44,256 nt of DNA. Origin: Jimgerdemannia flammicorona. Taxonomy: Eukaryota. Positions within the stretch are counted from its first letter, which is position 1, and every line of letters begins with the position of its first letter. Shown here one piece after another: positions 13,654 through 25,490 of this stretch. The translations under genes were made by a program, and so were the position numbers. The stretch spans positions 1 through 44,256 of the forward strand of contig RBNJ01000070.1 in NCBI GenBank assembly GCA_003990765.1, read 5' to 3'. The notes under the pieces are model-generated. The model was given only the letters and a program-made list of their open reading frames with translations. It did no database searches and was not told where the DNA came from.

Positions 13654-14169
13654 ATGAATCAGAGAGTTGACAATTATCTTCAGACTCTTATCCTTAGCTC
13701 ATTTCAATCACTGTCAGTTCCCCTACCCCAATTCCAAGAAGTCAATGGAAATATCCTCTAGAAAATTCAGATTCATCAAGAGAATCTTGTTCTGGTCAGA
13801 TGATTGCTACAGGTCCATCAACTTTAGACCCATTATGCAATTGGAGAACAATTGCAGAACCTCCCAGTCTCAGAACAAATATATATCAGAAATACCACAG
13901 GACTATCAAGGAGAGATATCACTGCTGTAGACAGGCTCTATATCCTTTATAAACAAAACCCTGCAGCTCTGATACAAGCAAAATTCTTCTGGTATAATGT
14001 ATGGGGAATGAACCTAGCCATCTATATGAGCATCATCAATACTGTCGAAATCCTATTTCTAGAAGAAGAAGAAGAACCCCTAGAATGGAGCAACTATGAT
14101 ATAGACAATAAAGATGATAGAACAGGTATTGATACAGAAGATGCCTATCTATACTGAGATGATAACTAA
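13654..14169 (+). pseudogene. Element A extra ORF after integrase (accessory gene family shared with the LTR ORFs of B and C)
   Basis: MNQRVDNY...HQL*THYAIGEQL...TAVDRLYILYKQNPAAL...acidic tail; one frame, stops are transition-type. Confidence 0.65.
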
Positions 14170-14199
14170 AGGAACAGACCATCCTTTAGTGGGAGCTGA

Positions 14200-15423
14200 T
14201 GTGATACACCAAAATATACCACTTAAATTATAACTCAGATAACATGAATATATAGTATAGTAACCAGACACAGCAACCATTGCTGCAGAAAACTATATAA
14301 ATAGTCAGACTACCAGATAAGGTATATCTGTATAGGACTTACACACCTATGTCAGATCTATATACTTGTGCTGAACCTGTACAACTTACTATAAGTAGCA
14401 AATCTATAGTTAGCCATATAGTAATCAGATAGCAACTACAATATATAAAATACTCTAGAGATAAGAGTGAATAAACCTCAGTCTAAATTAAATCTAAAGC
14501 AAAAGTTAAGTCTACCTACTATACTTTGAGAGGAACTCTATAGTCACTGCTAGGAGATTGTGAGTAAAGTATTTATTTTTACTCTAGTCCACTTTCTGAT
14601 ACAAAGAAGAGTTTGAAGAACTTTACTGCCTTTTGAGAAATCTACCACTTAAGGAATAAACTACTATATTTTAGTTTGTTTGTCAGATAAGTCTGAAGAT
14701 TTGCTGCCCAAGTTTAAGGAAAACTTCACTACTATTTCCAAGTTATCTATATTCCCAAAAAACCCAATCCTTATCACCAAGCCAGTCTATTTGATGTAAC
14801 TTTGCAGTGGAGCCAGTCTATGATATAACTCTATATAAATAAAGCCAGTCTTTAATATAACTTATCAAAAATCCAAGTTATTAGTTTGTTCCAAGTGAGC
14901 TTAATTCAGGAAGAATTTACTACCGGTATTATTTCCAGTAAGCTACTGATTCAGGAAGAATCCATACCATTCTCTATTCCTAGTAAGTCTGGTATAGAAG
15001 AATCTATGATATTTAAGAAGTCTACTAATTTAAAAGAATCTGTACCCAAATTAAGTTATCTGCCAAATCACACTATTATCCAGAAATTACATACTTTTGG
15101 AGGTTGCTATACTATACAAGAGATCATCATGCAGAAATCATATACTTTTAGAGATTGATACTCAAGAAGGAAAACTACTAAATTACTAGACCATTATGTA
15201 TAAAGAATACCTATACCATATATCCAAAATCACTGCTATACCCAGAGAACCATCCAAATTAGGAAATTGACATATAAATTACTTACAGATATCCAGCTTT
15301 GACTATTATATCACTAAACACCAAGAACATTTTATTGCTTTTGACAAAGTAACTGAGGGCTCAAGCTAAACTACATCAACTCCCAATCTTGTAATTTGCC
15401 TCTATTGAGTCAGATATATTACA
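14200..15423 (+). repeat. Element A 3' LTR (~1.2 kb)
   Basis: TGTGATAC...TATTACA ends; purine-rich AGTGGGAG just upstream; TATA-AATAAA-TCAGT at ~14442-14483. 5' boundary inferred. Confidence 0.75.
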
Positions 15424-15796
15424 ATATAGATATAAGTATAAGTACCATTTCTAGGCTTCTATGCTGGATTTATGAGAGCATGGTGGGTTAATAAGGAAAC
15501 TCATAGTATTGGTAAGAATATAAATAGCTGATATAGAATATATTTACTAAGACTGCTTAACCTCAGTATGGGTGATGGTAAAGGTACTCTTACAATGAGA
15601 AAGAAGTATTAGCCTAGCTACAGTGGCTTGTAGCATTTCTTATTATAGCACCTATAAATGACATTATTGTTTTTGTAAATAAAAATATTATATTATATTA
15701 TTTTTTTATAGACTGATATAATAAAACAATCATTATGTACTTTACTTAATATAAAGAAAATAAAAATACATATAATTTTTATAAATAAGAAATAAT

Positions 15797-16317
15797 AAAG
15801 TGTCTTTTGTATGAAATGTATATAAGATGAATTATGCTAAATCGGGTATACTGATATAAGCTGGGTCAATGTGTTTAGTGAATATAAAAATATATACTTC
15901 TCAGGCCTGCTATTGAAGAGACTATATATTTATTGTTTCTTATTCAAGAGAGAAGGGTGGGATAGGTTGTATAAACTGATTACAGAAACTAACTAAGTAT
16001 AAAGACATAGTCTATATACTTGATTATTAAGATATGATGTATACTCAGTTGCTGAGAGAGATATTATATATAATATATGCTAAAATATTACTAAGCTATT
16101 TGCTGCTGGCATCTTGCTAGAGAACTTAGACTAGACTAATATTGTATAAGAAACAGTATAGCAGGAACTGAGACTAGACTAAGACTATATAAGAAATAAT
16201 ATAGCAGGAAACTAATACTAAGTTAAGATTACATAAATAATCTAAAAGATTATATAATAGTGATTTATCTGTAGTTTTGGCCACTTTGCTGAAGTTTGAC
16301 CTATATTTACAACTCTA
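15797..16317. mobile_element. ~530-bp repeat, copy 2
   Basis: Colinear with 6304-6835; head-to-tail with copy 3. Confidence 0.8.
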
Positions 16318-17791
16318 CAAAGTATTCTTTATATGAAATATATATAAGATGTATTATAATAAATTAGATGTACTAATGTAAACTAGATCAATGGGTTTAG
16401 TGAATATAGAAGCATATGCTTCTTAAACCTGCTATTTATATAAAGTAAAGAGACCAATGCTGCAGATCTGGGGAGTGGTCAGGCTCCTAATTCAGATACT
16501 ACTAACTACTACTACTGGCCAAACCCATGGCCTGCTAGTAATTAGATAGAGGGGCATACTATTATAACTATAGTTGTTCAAGATAAGATATAGTATAAAT
16601 TACAAATATAATAAAGAAAAGCCACCAATTTCCAGTGGTCTGTCAGTTGAATGATATAGTCAGGATAATTAGTTAAGGCTAACAGAATGGCTTCATTAAT
16701 GTGAAAGAAGTGACTATATATATCATAGACCAGTAAGATACCAATCAAGAGAGACTATATAATATCAATGAAAGTCATTTGAGAGAGCAGTTGAGATGGG
16801 CCCAGATAGAAGACCAGGTCTTCTGAGTATTCAAATCATATTATTGATAGTAGTATATAAATAGTCAAATTTGAAATGATATATCTGCTAGATTAGATTA
16901 AAGGTTATACTATTCTATATAGTGAGTTTATCAACTTATATGAGACTATAGAAAGAAGAGCAAGCAGTCACTCAAATAGTGGTACCAAATGATATATGTA
17001 TCTAGTTATAATATACTATAAATAGTCTATAGATATTGATAGGTAATGGAGCAATAGTCATATAGATGAGAGAGTGGTGGAGAGAAGTCTGAATAGACTT
17101 AAGAATAATATCAAAGAATAGTAGTGCTGAGTTTTGTAATTGGTGGGCTACTTGATAATTAGCTATGTTATAAAAGTAGTTCTTAATAATGATATAAGGT
17201 TTTTCTTTACTAATAAGCCATAGTATCCAATGGCTTAATAGGTCATCTTGTAAGAGAATAGCAGTTACTTCAAGAATATTATAGGAGTTGAGAAAGTGTT
17301 GAAGAGAATTGATACCTGAGCACAGATTATCAGTCTGAGTATAGAATTACTAATAGAGATATATGTCAAATTTATGGCAAAGCTAAAGAGAAATATAATC
17401 AAAGTAGATAGAAGTTCTTAGAGATAGAAAGAAAGAGTATAATGAGATAATAGATCAGCAGAGTTTAATGCAGAGAGGATATACTATATATATTTAATTA
17501 TTAAGATGTAATATATACTCAGTTACTGAGAGAGATATTATATATAATATATACTGAAATATTGCTAAGCTATTTACCACTAACATCTTGTCAGAGAACT
17601 GAAACTAGACTAATATTATATGTATATATATAAAAAATAGTATAGCAGAAACTGATACTAGGCTAAAATTATATAAGAAATAGCATAGTAAGAAACTGAT
17701 ACTAAGCTAAGATTGTATAAATAATCTAAAAGATTGCATGATAGTTAGCTTTGGCCACTTTGCTGAAGTTTGAGCTATATTCATAACTCTA
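16318..17791. mobile_element. ~530-bp repeat, copy 3, with ~1 kb extra internal sequence (16456-~17483)
   Basis: First ~140 bp and last ~305 bp match copies 1 and 2. Confidence 0.75.
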
Positions 17792-17990
17792 ATATATTTT
17801 TTAAGCTGATGAGAAATCTGTATACTAATAAATGAATAGTCAACATCATATATCTGAGGTTATATTATTCAAAATTCAATATGCTATCCTTTTCTTTGAG
17901 AATAATAAAAACTTATTGGAGGACAATGTATCTATGTAAGCTATCTGATGCTTGTGAAGAATTTAATTAATAGCAGAAGCACAATTTGAT

Positions 17991-18026
<36 letters not shown>

Positions 18027-19306
18027 AACACACGCATGCAGCATGTGAAGGTATTGCACAACTCAGAAACAAAGAAATGCATTTAAAATAATAAAAATGT
18101 TATCAAACAACTCTTTTATCCAATCGGAGTGGGTTCTTGCTGGAGATAGATGTACTTGTGGTGTATTACCTAAGTTCTTAGCGTAAAATAGAGTCCATGT
18201 CATATATCACTTCAGACGGTTGCTCAATTTTGCAGCAGGTCTGGTGCAGTGTGTGTTTGCTTATGCGAGCAGGGAAACAAAAAAAGCTCTGGTGAGCAGC
18301 ACTTCATCACAATCCATCCCACAATCTACTGGAGTGTCTCTCCTGATAAGATGGGAAGTCACATAGACCTGCAGATCTGGGATACTGCTTTGGATTTTGT
18401 TTTGTTTTGTTTCAGTCTGCGTCATTGGAATTTGAACTGGCGCATCAAGCACGTCGCTTGAGTCATCCTTGTTTTGTGTCCCGCTTGGAGGATAAGTCGC
18501 ATGCTTTTTCAAAGGACCAGCAGTGTGAAGAATGATGCGCTAGACGTCAAACGCGTTTGTCATAACCACCTAGTGGTCTGAGCTGGCCGTACGGTGACCT
18601 GACTTTATGGACGCTATTAAGGAGATAAAACGGGATGGGGTTTTAAACCTGAAGGGATCATCGCCAACCGATTAGAGGAAAACCCGGGTCTATAAGTATA
18701 TGACCAGTACCTGCTCGTTACCAGAGTTAAAATCGAACAGAGTTGACCAAAAAAAAAAAAAAAAAAATAGTAACGGGAACGGGGATTTCACCGAATGATA
18801 CAGCGACACTTGTACCAACACGGGAACAAGAACGGGATTTCACTGAATGCTACAGCGCTACCACTTTATGCAAACGGAAATACTCAAGAGGCATACGGAT
18901 TCCCAAGAAATAGATCGCCCAACCTTGGTGCTTGAGATTGAAATAAAACGACAGGTCATGGAATGGGTCGTATTTGGTATTGCTCTCATATGTGTTCCGA
19001 GGTGATTATTGAATTGACGGAAATTCATGGCACAAATACCAAACTGTCCAAGGAATGTGTTCAAGGAAGTAACAAATGCTTCGTTAAAAGGAATCTTGAC
19101 TTTAAACTGGGGCTTGTATCATAACAGAGCAGAATTTGCATTGGAGTTTCTTCAGGTGCAATTATCGGTATGGTTCTCCAAAAATATGAAAAAAAAACAA
19201 CCTTTAATATGCCTATGATTTTTTGCGTTATGTATAATGTACAAGATACTATTGTATGCGGTGCTTCACACAAATCGGCGTCTCGACATTCCCAAAAGCC
19301 ATACTT

Positions 19307-20344
19307 TTACGGCATCACAACAGCCATTACAACGCTGACAACAACCGCTAACCCGACCGCCACCACTACCATTGCAAAGGCTATCAACACATATCCCAAC
19401 CAATGATTTTCTTCCTCAAGCCTCGTCGGTCTATGTATCCCAGCAAGGATCAACGCTTCTAACTCCCGCGCCGCATCCATAACCATCCGATCATTCTCAC
19501 CCAACGGCACAACCTCGACCCCACCACGCTCCGCGTTCACACAAATGCAAGCCACTACCGCCAAAGCCGCTTTCGCCTGGCGTGCAACGATACCACGATA
19601 TTCACGCGCCCGCCTCTCGACCTCCTCACGCGTCCGTCTCACAGCCTCCTTCTTCCTTTTGCCCTTGAGTTTCAAGTCGTAATGCGTCGTGGCCACTACA
19701 GCAAGGACACCGGTGCGGGAAGCAAACACTGCTGTACCTTCTTTCATCCCGATACTTGTGGAGTTGCGTTCCAAATGAAGTTCGTAGAAAAAAGGAAACC
19801 CTGAGAGGATCTGTTTGAGGATCGGTTGGCTTGGCCCAATGCCACAAAACTGGTATCTTCCGGAGCTCCAGAATAGTATCGGTCTCAGAAAGACGATTGG
19901 TTTCAGGTGGTTTGCAATCAGACGGTGCATGACGCTGTCCTTGTCGAAGGCAATGCCGTTCAGTTGCCGAAGCTGTTCCCAGTGATTTGCAATAATATCT
20001 CTCTCGGAGCGTTTGACCTCAACGTTCCACTCCAATGCTATCTCCAGAACAGTTCTGCCGACACGACGGGTCTCCTGCTGTTGCCAACCGAACTGGTAAA
20101 CGAGTTTCCCAGCCACCGCGACAGCGGTCAGGCTCGTGCTTGTCTGGCTACTGAAGCGCCGAATTATCGCCTCGAACACCGTGCCGAATACACCACGGTC
20201 GCTGGCCATCCCGAAAGTAGACGCGTGCTCGGAAAATTGGAAGCCATAGTCGGCCAGAGCCGCGAGGTGGAGGCGGCAGAGATGGAGGATCAGCTCTCTT
20301 GAGCGAGGGTGTTGCCAAAATGAAGCCAACGTACTATCTGGCAT
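19307..20344 (-). CDS. Uncharacterised ~345-aa protein with C-terminal transmembrane helix (tail-anchored); probable 5'-UTR intron 20382-20479
   Basis: Long open frame in CpG-normal DNA; first ATG at 20344; GTGAGT donor, CTAAC branch point and TAG acceptor upstream; hydrophobic C-terminus WLGYVLIAFAMVVVAVGLAVVVSVVMAVVMP. Confidence 0.75.
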   Translation of the reverse strand: MPDSTLASFWQHPRSRELILHLCRLHLAALADYGFQFSEHASTFGMASDRGVFGTVFEAIIRRFSSQTSTSLTAVAVAGKLVYQFGWQQQETRRVGRTVLEIALEWNVEVKRSERDIIANHWEQLRQLNGIAFDKDSVMHRLIANHLKPIVFLRPILFWSSGRYQFCGIGPSQPILKQILSGFPFFYELHLERNSTSIGMKEGTAVFASRTGVLAVVATTHYDLKLKGKRKKEAVRRTREEVERRAREYRGIVARQAKAALAVVACICVNAERGGVEVVPLGENDRMVMDAARELEALILAGIHRPTRLEEENHWLGYVLIAFAMVVVAVGLAVVVSVVMAVVMP

Positions 20345-20472
20345 GAGTGTGGCAAATGAAATGGGAAAAGGGATGATTTGGCTATCACCAGTCAATGTCC
20401 ATGAAGGGATAGCACGTTAGAGACACGTCATCACTCGATTAGACAATCTATTTATAATTTTTTACATCACAC

Positions 20473-20880
20473 AACTCACTTTCGCTCAGTCCGTCACCTC
20501 ACAGTTTTTTTGCTCCCACCCGCCTCCCTCTTATACGAGTTCTTCTCCGAACTAACTAATGCAACGCATTCGAGACAGAAACATTCCTCATGCATGCATC
20601 CGCCCAAAATAAATCACACATCCATGTTATCGAGTAGTGATGCGGGGATTTAACGTCTTTCTTTCGCCTACACTTCGTTTAATCCCCGTCTCACTACTCA
20701 TGATAGGATAGATAGAGAATATCTGTTTTATTTTGGGAGAATGCGTGCATGAGAAATGTCTGTCTCCAATGCGTTGCAATCAGTCAGTTCGAAGAACCCG
20801 ACATGAAAGAAGTGTAAAAGAAGAAGGAGGTGGGTGGGAGCGAAAGCCGTGTAATGGCGGATTGAGTGGAAGAATAAGTT
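20473..20880. repeat. ~410-bp degenerate inverted repeat (foldback) with a 24-bp central stem
   Basis: 20632-20655 pairs with 20676-20699 (21/24); outer arms also align, e.g. gcaacgcattcgagacaga vs revcomp gcaacgcattggagacaga. Confidence 0.9.
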
Positions 20881-21239
20881 TCACATACACGGATACTATT
20901 TTAGCGCGTTATTACCTCCATAAGCAACCACTGCAATAGACTCCGCGCCATATCTTTTTTCACACTTCAGCTTCAGTTACAAGAACGGGCCGAATCCCTT
21001 TTGAGGTTCTCTTGCATGATTGGAACGGCCAAAAATAATATATATATAATGTATGGCTCTCTCGCGGAAGAAATGTTTCTTATGCGCATGGGTGGGTGAC
21101 GTAAAGGGTGAGTGGGGCTGGCGCAATTGATTACCCCTTTAACCTTGGGCCCGTTGTGAAATTGATCGATGCGGCGTTTGCTAAAAAATTCGCGTCTTTG
21201 GAGGAGCCTGAAAAGTGTAAGCCCATGGGTAACCTATCC

Positions 21240-21520
21240 CTTTGTTTCCGCGTCGAACACCGTCACGTAGGCCACTTCACGTATCCACCCGAGGTCTCAG
21301 CTTGCGTATGCGGTTTCAGACACGTAGAAACCTCGCCCTGCTTCCCAAGCTGGTATACACCGGAAGGTATGTCTCGTTTTCAGATCACCGATTAGCTAGC
21401 TTACCAAATGGCCCGTTTGCTATACTCTTTCATTTCCCACCGTAGAGGACAACGCGCTAATCAACGCATATAACCGGTATGGGAGTAGGTGGAGGGGATC
21501 ATGCCGCGCCAACGGAGCAT
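21240..21520 (+). pseudogene. Myb/SANT-domain gene relic with one intron (21367-21445)
   Basis: Splicing GTATGT...TAG gives WYTPEEDNALINAYNRYGSRW; flanking helices appear frameshifted. Confidence 0.6.
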
Positions 21521-22119
21521 CGATGCCACGTGACACAACTGAAAAGATTGGGGCGCATTCCATCAGTTTATGCAGTAGCATCACTGGATCATGTTTTTTT
21601 GGGTGACGTAGTTGGAAGATTTTTAAGTCACATGCCTGGCAATGTGACATGTGGCAAAGGGATTTTGGTGGTGGGGGATTATGTAAATATATACACTTCT
21701 AACACCATGTAAATACATATAAACTTCTAACATACTTTCAACACACTTTCAATATATAAAATATAGAATTCAATGCCCTCTCTAATGCTAACTACAATAG
21801 TGATCATTGTATTCAACTTTTTAATATTGAATAAGAAATTACTCTTCCTCTTGAAGAATTTGAAGAATGGTAGAAAGAAATTAACAATATTTGGAGTCAA
21901 ACAGAAGATACTATAGAGCTGAAAAAAACCAATAGCTGGTCAAAGAGATATAATTGTAGATTTAAAAAATATCAAAAATTATCTACTAAAAATTCTAATT
22001 CTACTAAGCAATATGATGAGCATTCAAAATACAGATCTTTATAAAGCACAAATCACCATCTCAGCTAGAAATAAAATTGTATTTATTCAAAAAAAAACTC
22101 ATACAGATAGACTTTCTCA

Positions 22120-22122
<3 letters not shown>

Positions 22123-22158
<36 letters not shown>

Positions 22159-23345
22159 GGACTCATAGTCCCATGGATTTTTATTGAAAGGGAACCTAGA
22201 CTATATAGGCCAAAACCCTCCCCCACCATCCACCGAACAATATCCCCCCATTAACCTAGGCTACTAAATTGTCCAGCAGTCCCACCACTCCAGCTATGTC
22301 TGTCAAACACCGGCTATATTGACCTCCACAATATATACTAGACTTGTCTGCTCACCAGGGCTGGATCATCATTTATATATGAGAGCACACCTATACATTG
22401 GATCTAGCAGTGCCAGGACTGAATAAAGAATAGTCCCCTGAACCCCAAAAGAAAGCCTGAGATAAAGAAAAAACCCCCCAACTAACCAATAGAGAGCAAA
22501 GTAGATTCAAAGTGGGTGAGTAAAGAACTTATATATAGCACCTTCCTCAAAGGACTTACATATGGGCTAAGGCCTGAAGAGACCCCACTTCTACTCTCCA
22601 AGCCTGCGGGCCTCAATCACATTGTCATATTAGCTCCTAATTCCAGTTGGATACTGCTAAATGAGAAAGGCCCCACTCCCCAAGCCTGTGGGTCTCGATT
22701 GTATTGCTGTGTCAGCTCTTGGTTCCAGTTGGGTACAGCCAGAATGCTGGCCCCTACACTACCCCACCCTCCACTAGTCAATCGAAAGGCCCTACTGAAA
22801 TATTGTCTGCCCTAGCCCCAATGACCGCCCCCAGCCTGGCACCCCACTGGTTTACCATAATTGCCCTTCCTCCTATCTGTGATGGCCATCTCCCCTTCCA
22901 TCCCAATATCATCCAAAAAACAGTCACCTATGCTAGAACCATACTCACCAGGAAGCTCACCAAAGCCAGAGGGCCCCACTATAGGCACTGAGGACCTATA
23001 GGTAACCTATACTGAGCACTTGATGCCCAAGGTTGGCTGACTTCCTATGTAGCCCAAGACATACCAAGACAGCACCTTGTTGGCAATGGCAAAAGGAAGA
23101 AGGTGCCATACCAAAATAGATGCACTCTAAATATAGCTGAAGATACTAGAAACTATGAAAAAATAGAGAAGACACTGATCTGACACCGATAAAGAGGTAA
23201 CTCATTACCATTGCCCTCCTCCCATTATGCCCATGCAGGCACAGCAAACCAACCCAAGGTAGAGGGGGTAATAATAGGGGAAAGGAGACTCAGAAGGTTG
23301 TCTACCAAATCTTGTAACTGGTAAGATAGCAGAGAAAAAGATGCC
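22123..23345 (-). mobile_element. Short (1.2 kb) LINE-derived insertion
   Basis: Poly(T) 22123-22155, AATAAA on minus strand, TSD agactttctcatac (22109-22122 / 23346-23359), decayed ORF2 finger PICKSFEEGAIYKFFTHP. Confidence 0.85.
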
Positions 23346-24477
23346 AGACTTTCTCATACTCATAAACTTCAAAAGAGTGATATATTGAAGAACTTCAGAA
23401 AGGTTATTATGCATCAATAGTCAAAAATATAGCTAAGCAGTAATTTGGAGATAACTAGAATTTATTAAAACAAAAAAACTTATCAAAATTCAATATAGAA
23501 TTCTTAGTGAAATTAATATTGAATTTATTAGTAAGAAGATTTTAGATAATGATCTAAAGGAGACAGTTGAATGACTCAAGTTAAATAATTATCAATCTGA
23601 GTTTTTAACTTATAATATCTATTATAGCTTAATATTTACAAATGATGAATATCTGAATGCTCTTCAGAAGTATGGATATTTAGTACTAATAGATTCAATA
23701 TACAAAATAAATAAGCACAACTGGAAACTTTATATATTTTTATTATATAATTCTTTTGGAGTATAGATATCAAGTAGATATTTCTTTATTAGTAAAGAGA
23801 GTGCTCTAATAGTTGTAGCTAGATTAAAATATCTAAAACAGTGAGCATCAATATAATAATCTCAATATTTTCTTATTGATCAATTAGCAATTAAAGAAAA
23901 GGTAATTATTAACATTTTTCTAGCATCAATAGTGGTAAGCAAAATATTGATATTTATTTCTATATTTGGCATTTTCAATAAATACTTAATTATCAAATTG
24001 ATAGCTTTTCAGAAAGTCACTGTTTGATGATTCAGATAATATATAAAACAACTAAAATAAGCTATGAACAATTAGTAACTCAGGCAATTCAAAAAATACT
24101 AATGTGATAAAATTATCTACAATATATTAGGTAAATAATATAGCAAAATAGAGAATGTAGAATTATCAACATTTATCTCTTCTTCTTCAAACAACTGCAA
24201 CTAGTACTTTGGAGTCTTATTATATAGTAATAAAGCAAAAGAGAAATATGTATAAGCTTTGGAATTATTAGTATATATAAAATTATAGATTAAGTTTATA
24301 ATAAATATCTCAACAGAGCTACTGTAAATCATCAGAACTTTAGACAAAGTCAATTGCAGAAATGTTAATTTATTCTTTTCTGAAGAGCTTTCTATATCTT
24401 ATTTAACTTCTTATATTAGGTAAAATTTGAGCCTTTGAAAAACAACTTGAAAAAGATAAGATAATATCTAATTATAC

Positions 24478-24480
<3 letters not shown>

Positions 24481-24514
<34 letters not shown>

Positions 24515-24519
24515 GCCTG
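24481..24519 (-). mobile_element. 39-bp retroposed stub (9 nt + poly(A))
   Basis: T30+aacagcctg flanked by attatactac (24471-24480 / 24520-24529). Confidence 0.7.
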
Positions 24520-25490
24520 ATTATACTACTATAAAGTACTATTGTCAATTTTTTTAAAGATATATACTTTTATACAAATACTTCTTTCATTGAGATATCA
24601 GCAAGAATTTTCTTACTAATATATATTGGAAGCAATTTTGAAGCATATTTACTAAGTCAGATATCTATATATATCAGTTGTACTTAAATAAAGAAATAAA
24701 AAAAAGAAAAAGATTCTTTGCAAGTAGTAATAGAATATCAATGACTGGAGTTTTATTTTATTTAAAAACAATTATGTAAACATTGATTCCAACTTAAATT
24801 AGAATTTATTCAAACTAGTAATCAAAGTCAATTATAAAATCTCATAATACAAATATATAAACTTTACTTAGAAAATAGACAAAACTAAATCTTATATCTT
24901 TTTCTGACTAGTTTTGTAATATTTTTACTTTTATAGTTTTTTTTCTTTATATTTCTTATAGGGCAGAATAATGAGATAGTTGTAATTAGGGATGTAAGAA
25001 TGATATATATATGTATAAGTATATATATATATATCATAAAAATTACACAGTATACTAGGATATAAATTTACAACTATAATGGTATATTTTTCAGATTATA
25101 GTAAGAGACTGAATATATAATCTAAGTATATATATATCTAATATATATCTAGAGTAGCTTCAGTTATAATTTAGATATATAATAGATATATATTATTATA
25201 ATTCTAGAACTATTTTAGAGCTTTTACAATTCTACTTAGATATATTTCAGATATACTTTAGTGCTGTTCTAGAGTTTGAATAGATACTTTATATATATTA
25301 TTATTATAGATATTACTAAATATTTAAAAATATATATTATAATTATATAAAAGTTAATAGTAGACTATGAGATATGGAAAGTTGAGAGAGATTTATAAAG
25401 GAGACTGATAGGAGAAATTAAGAATAAGTGATTAACTATTGGATAAGTACTAGCTATTTAGATTAGGCTTACTAGATATTAGCTATATGT

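Larger units (their letters stand above)
6166..13670 (+). pseudogene. int: Element A integrase, split by two insertions (6304-6835 and 7041-12919)
   Basis: HQKAH...Y*PNL...(C>Y)NT(C>Y)QK zinc finger; GVDIIGPL...NKYIL|IFIEHLIKWPEAF; ISD; TERINQTIK; *EGPY (GPY/F). Confidence 0.9.
64..15423 (+). mobile_element. Element A: decayed Ty3/gypsy LTR retrotransposon (gag-PR-accessory-dUTPase / RT-RH / IN / extra ORF) with nested insertions
   Basis: 64-214 matches ~15273-15423. PBS follows the 5' LTR. Domain order is PR-RT-RH-IN with many TAA/TAG/TGA stops. Confidence 0.95.
21770..24890 (+). pseudogene. Heavily decayed Mutator (MULE) transposase, interrupted by two LINE-type insertions
   Basis: YNCRF...HTH finger; LVLIDSIYKINKHNWKL...YFLIDQLAIKE DDE region; YIWH; LLQTTATSTLESY; decayed SWIM-like YYCQFF. 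Boundaries approximate, TIRs not found. Confidence 0.75.

Noticed and set aside
13654-14169. env gene at the env position of element A
   Set aside because: Too short; no signal peptide, fusion peptide or TM anchor visible
17995-18024. Poly(A) at the repeat/island border as a LINE tail
   Set aside because: No TSD or LINE body identifiable upstream
18050-18530. Possible small minus-strand gene (ORF 18261-18512)
   Set aside because: Non-ATG start, no recognisable domain, no convincing exon structure
18770-19215. Short direct repeat (gggatttcacygaatg.tacagcg x2) and coding-like fragments
   Set aside because: Only two copies; frames are short and unrecognisable
24960-25490. AT-rich TA-repeat region as MULE terminal repeat
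   Set aside because: No matching inverted copy found at the other end of the MULE
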